Source: Octopus vulgaris
Lineage: Eukaryota
Length of the DNA stretch: 64,000 nt
Direction of reading: 5' to 3'
Assembly: GCA_951406725.2 (NCBI GenBank)
Contig: OX597827.1
Location: 73,408,001-73,472,000, forward strand
Under the pieces are notes generated by a model, which saw nothing but the letters and a program-made list of their open reading frames with translations, searched no databases and was not told the origin of the DNA. The position numbers were made by a program, and so were the translations under genes. Numbering within the stretch: position 1 is the first letter of the stretch; each line of letters begins with the position of its first letter. Shown one piece after another: positions 63,943 through 64,000 of the stretch.

Positions 63943-64000
<58 letters not shown>

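Overview
Repeat-saturated animal genomic DNA. The SINE families, RTE/Penelope content and (TA)n/(CA)n load suggest a cephalopod (Octopus-like); this is an inference. A 100-N scaffold gap lies at 40497-40596. Host coding content is limited to tandem pairs of phase-1 cysteine-rich EGF-like exons (126-129 nt type A, 135 nt type B): three pairs on the minus strand left of the gap and four pairs on the plus strand right of it, plus pseudoexons. The most striking structure is at 2.5-11.9 kb. A full-length L1/Tx1-clade LINE (ORF1 with a CCHC knuckle; intact 1131-aa APE-RT ORF2) and two ~1.77-kb ORF1-only elements sit head-to-tail. All four junctions carry the same 12-13 bp target (minus strand (C)ACATGGAGGAAA), and this target lies inside a decayed ORF1 of a related element. 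The ORF1-only elements, a third ORF1-only element at 46.4-47.7 kb and a local SINE share the LINE's 3' terminal motif and lack long poly(A). The rest is Penelope-like GIY-YIG fragments with hammerhead-ribozyme motifs and foldback palindromes, a 5'-truncated RTE, mariner/Tc1 relics, Helitron-like elements, tRNA-derived SINEs and nested duplications (35 kb, ~12 kb, 5-7 kb). Most ORF-track entries are microsatellite or antisense artefacts. All alignments were made by eye.
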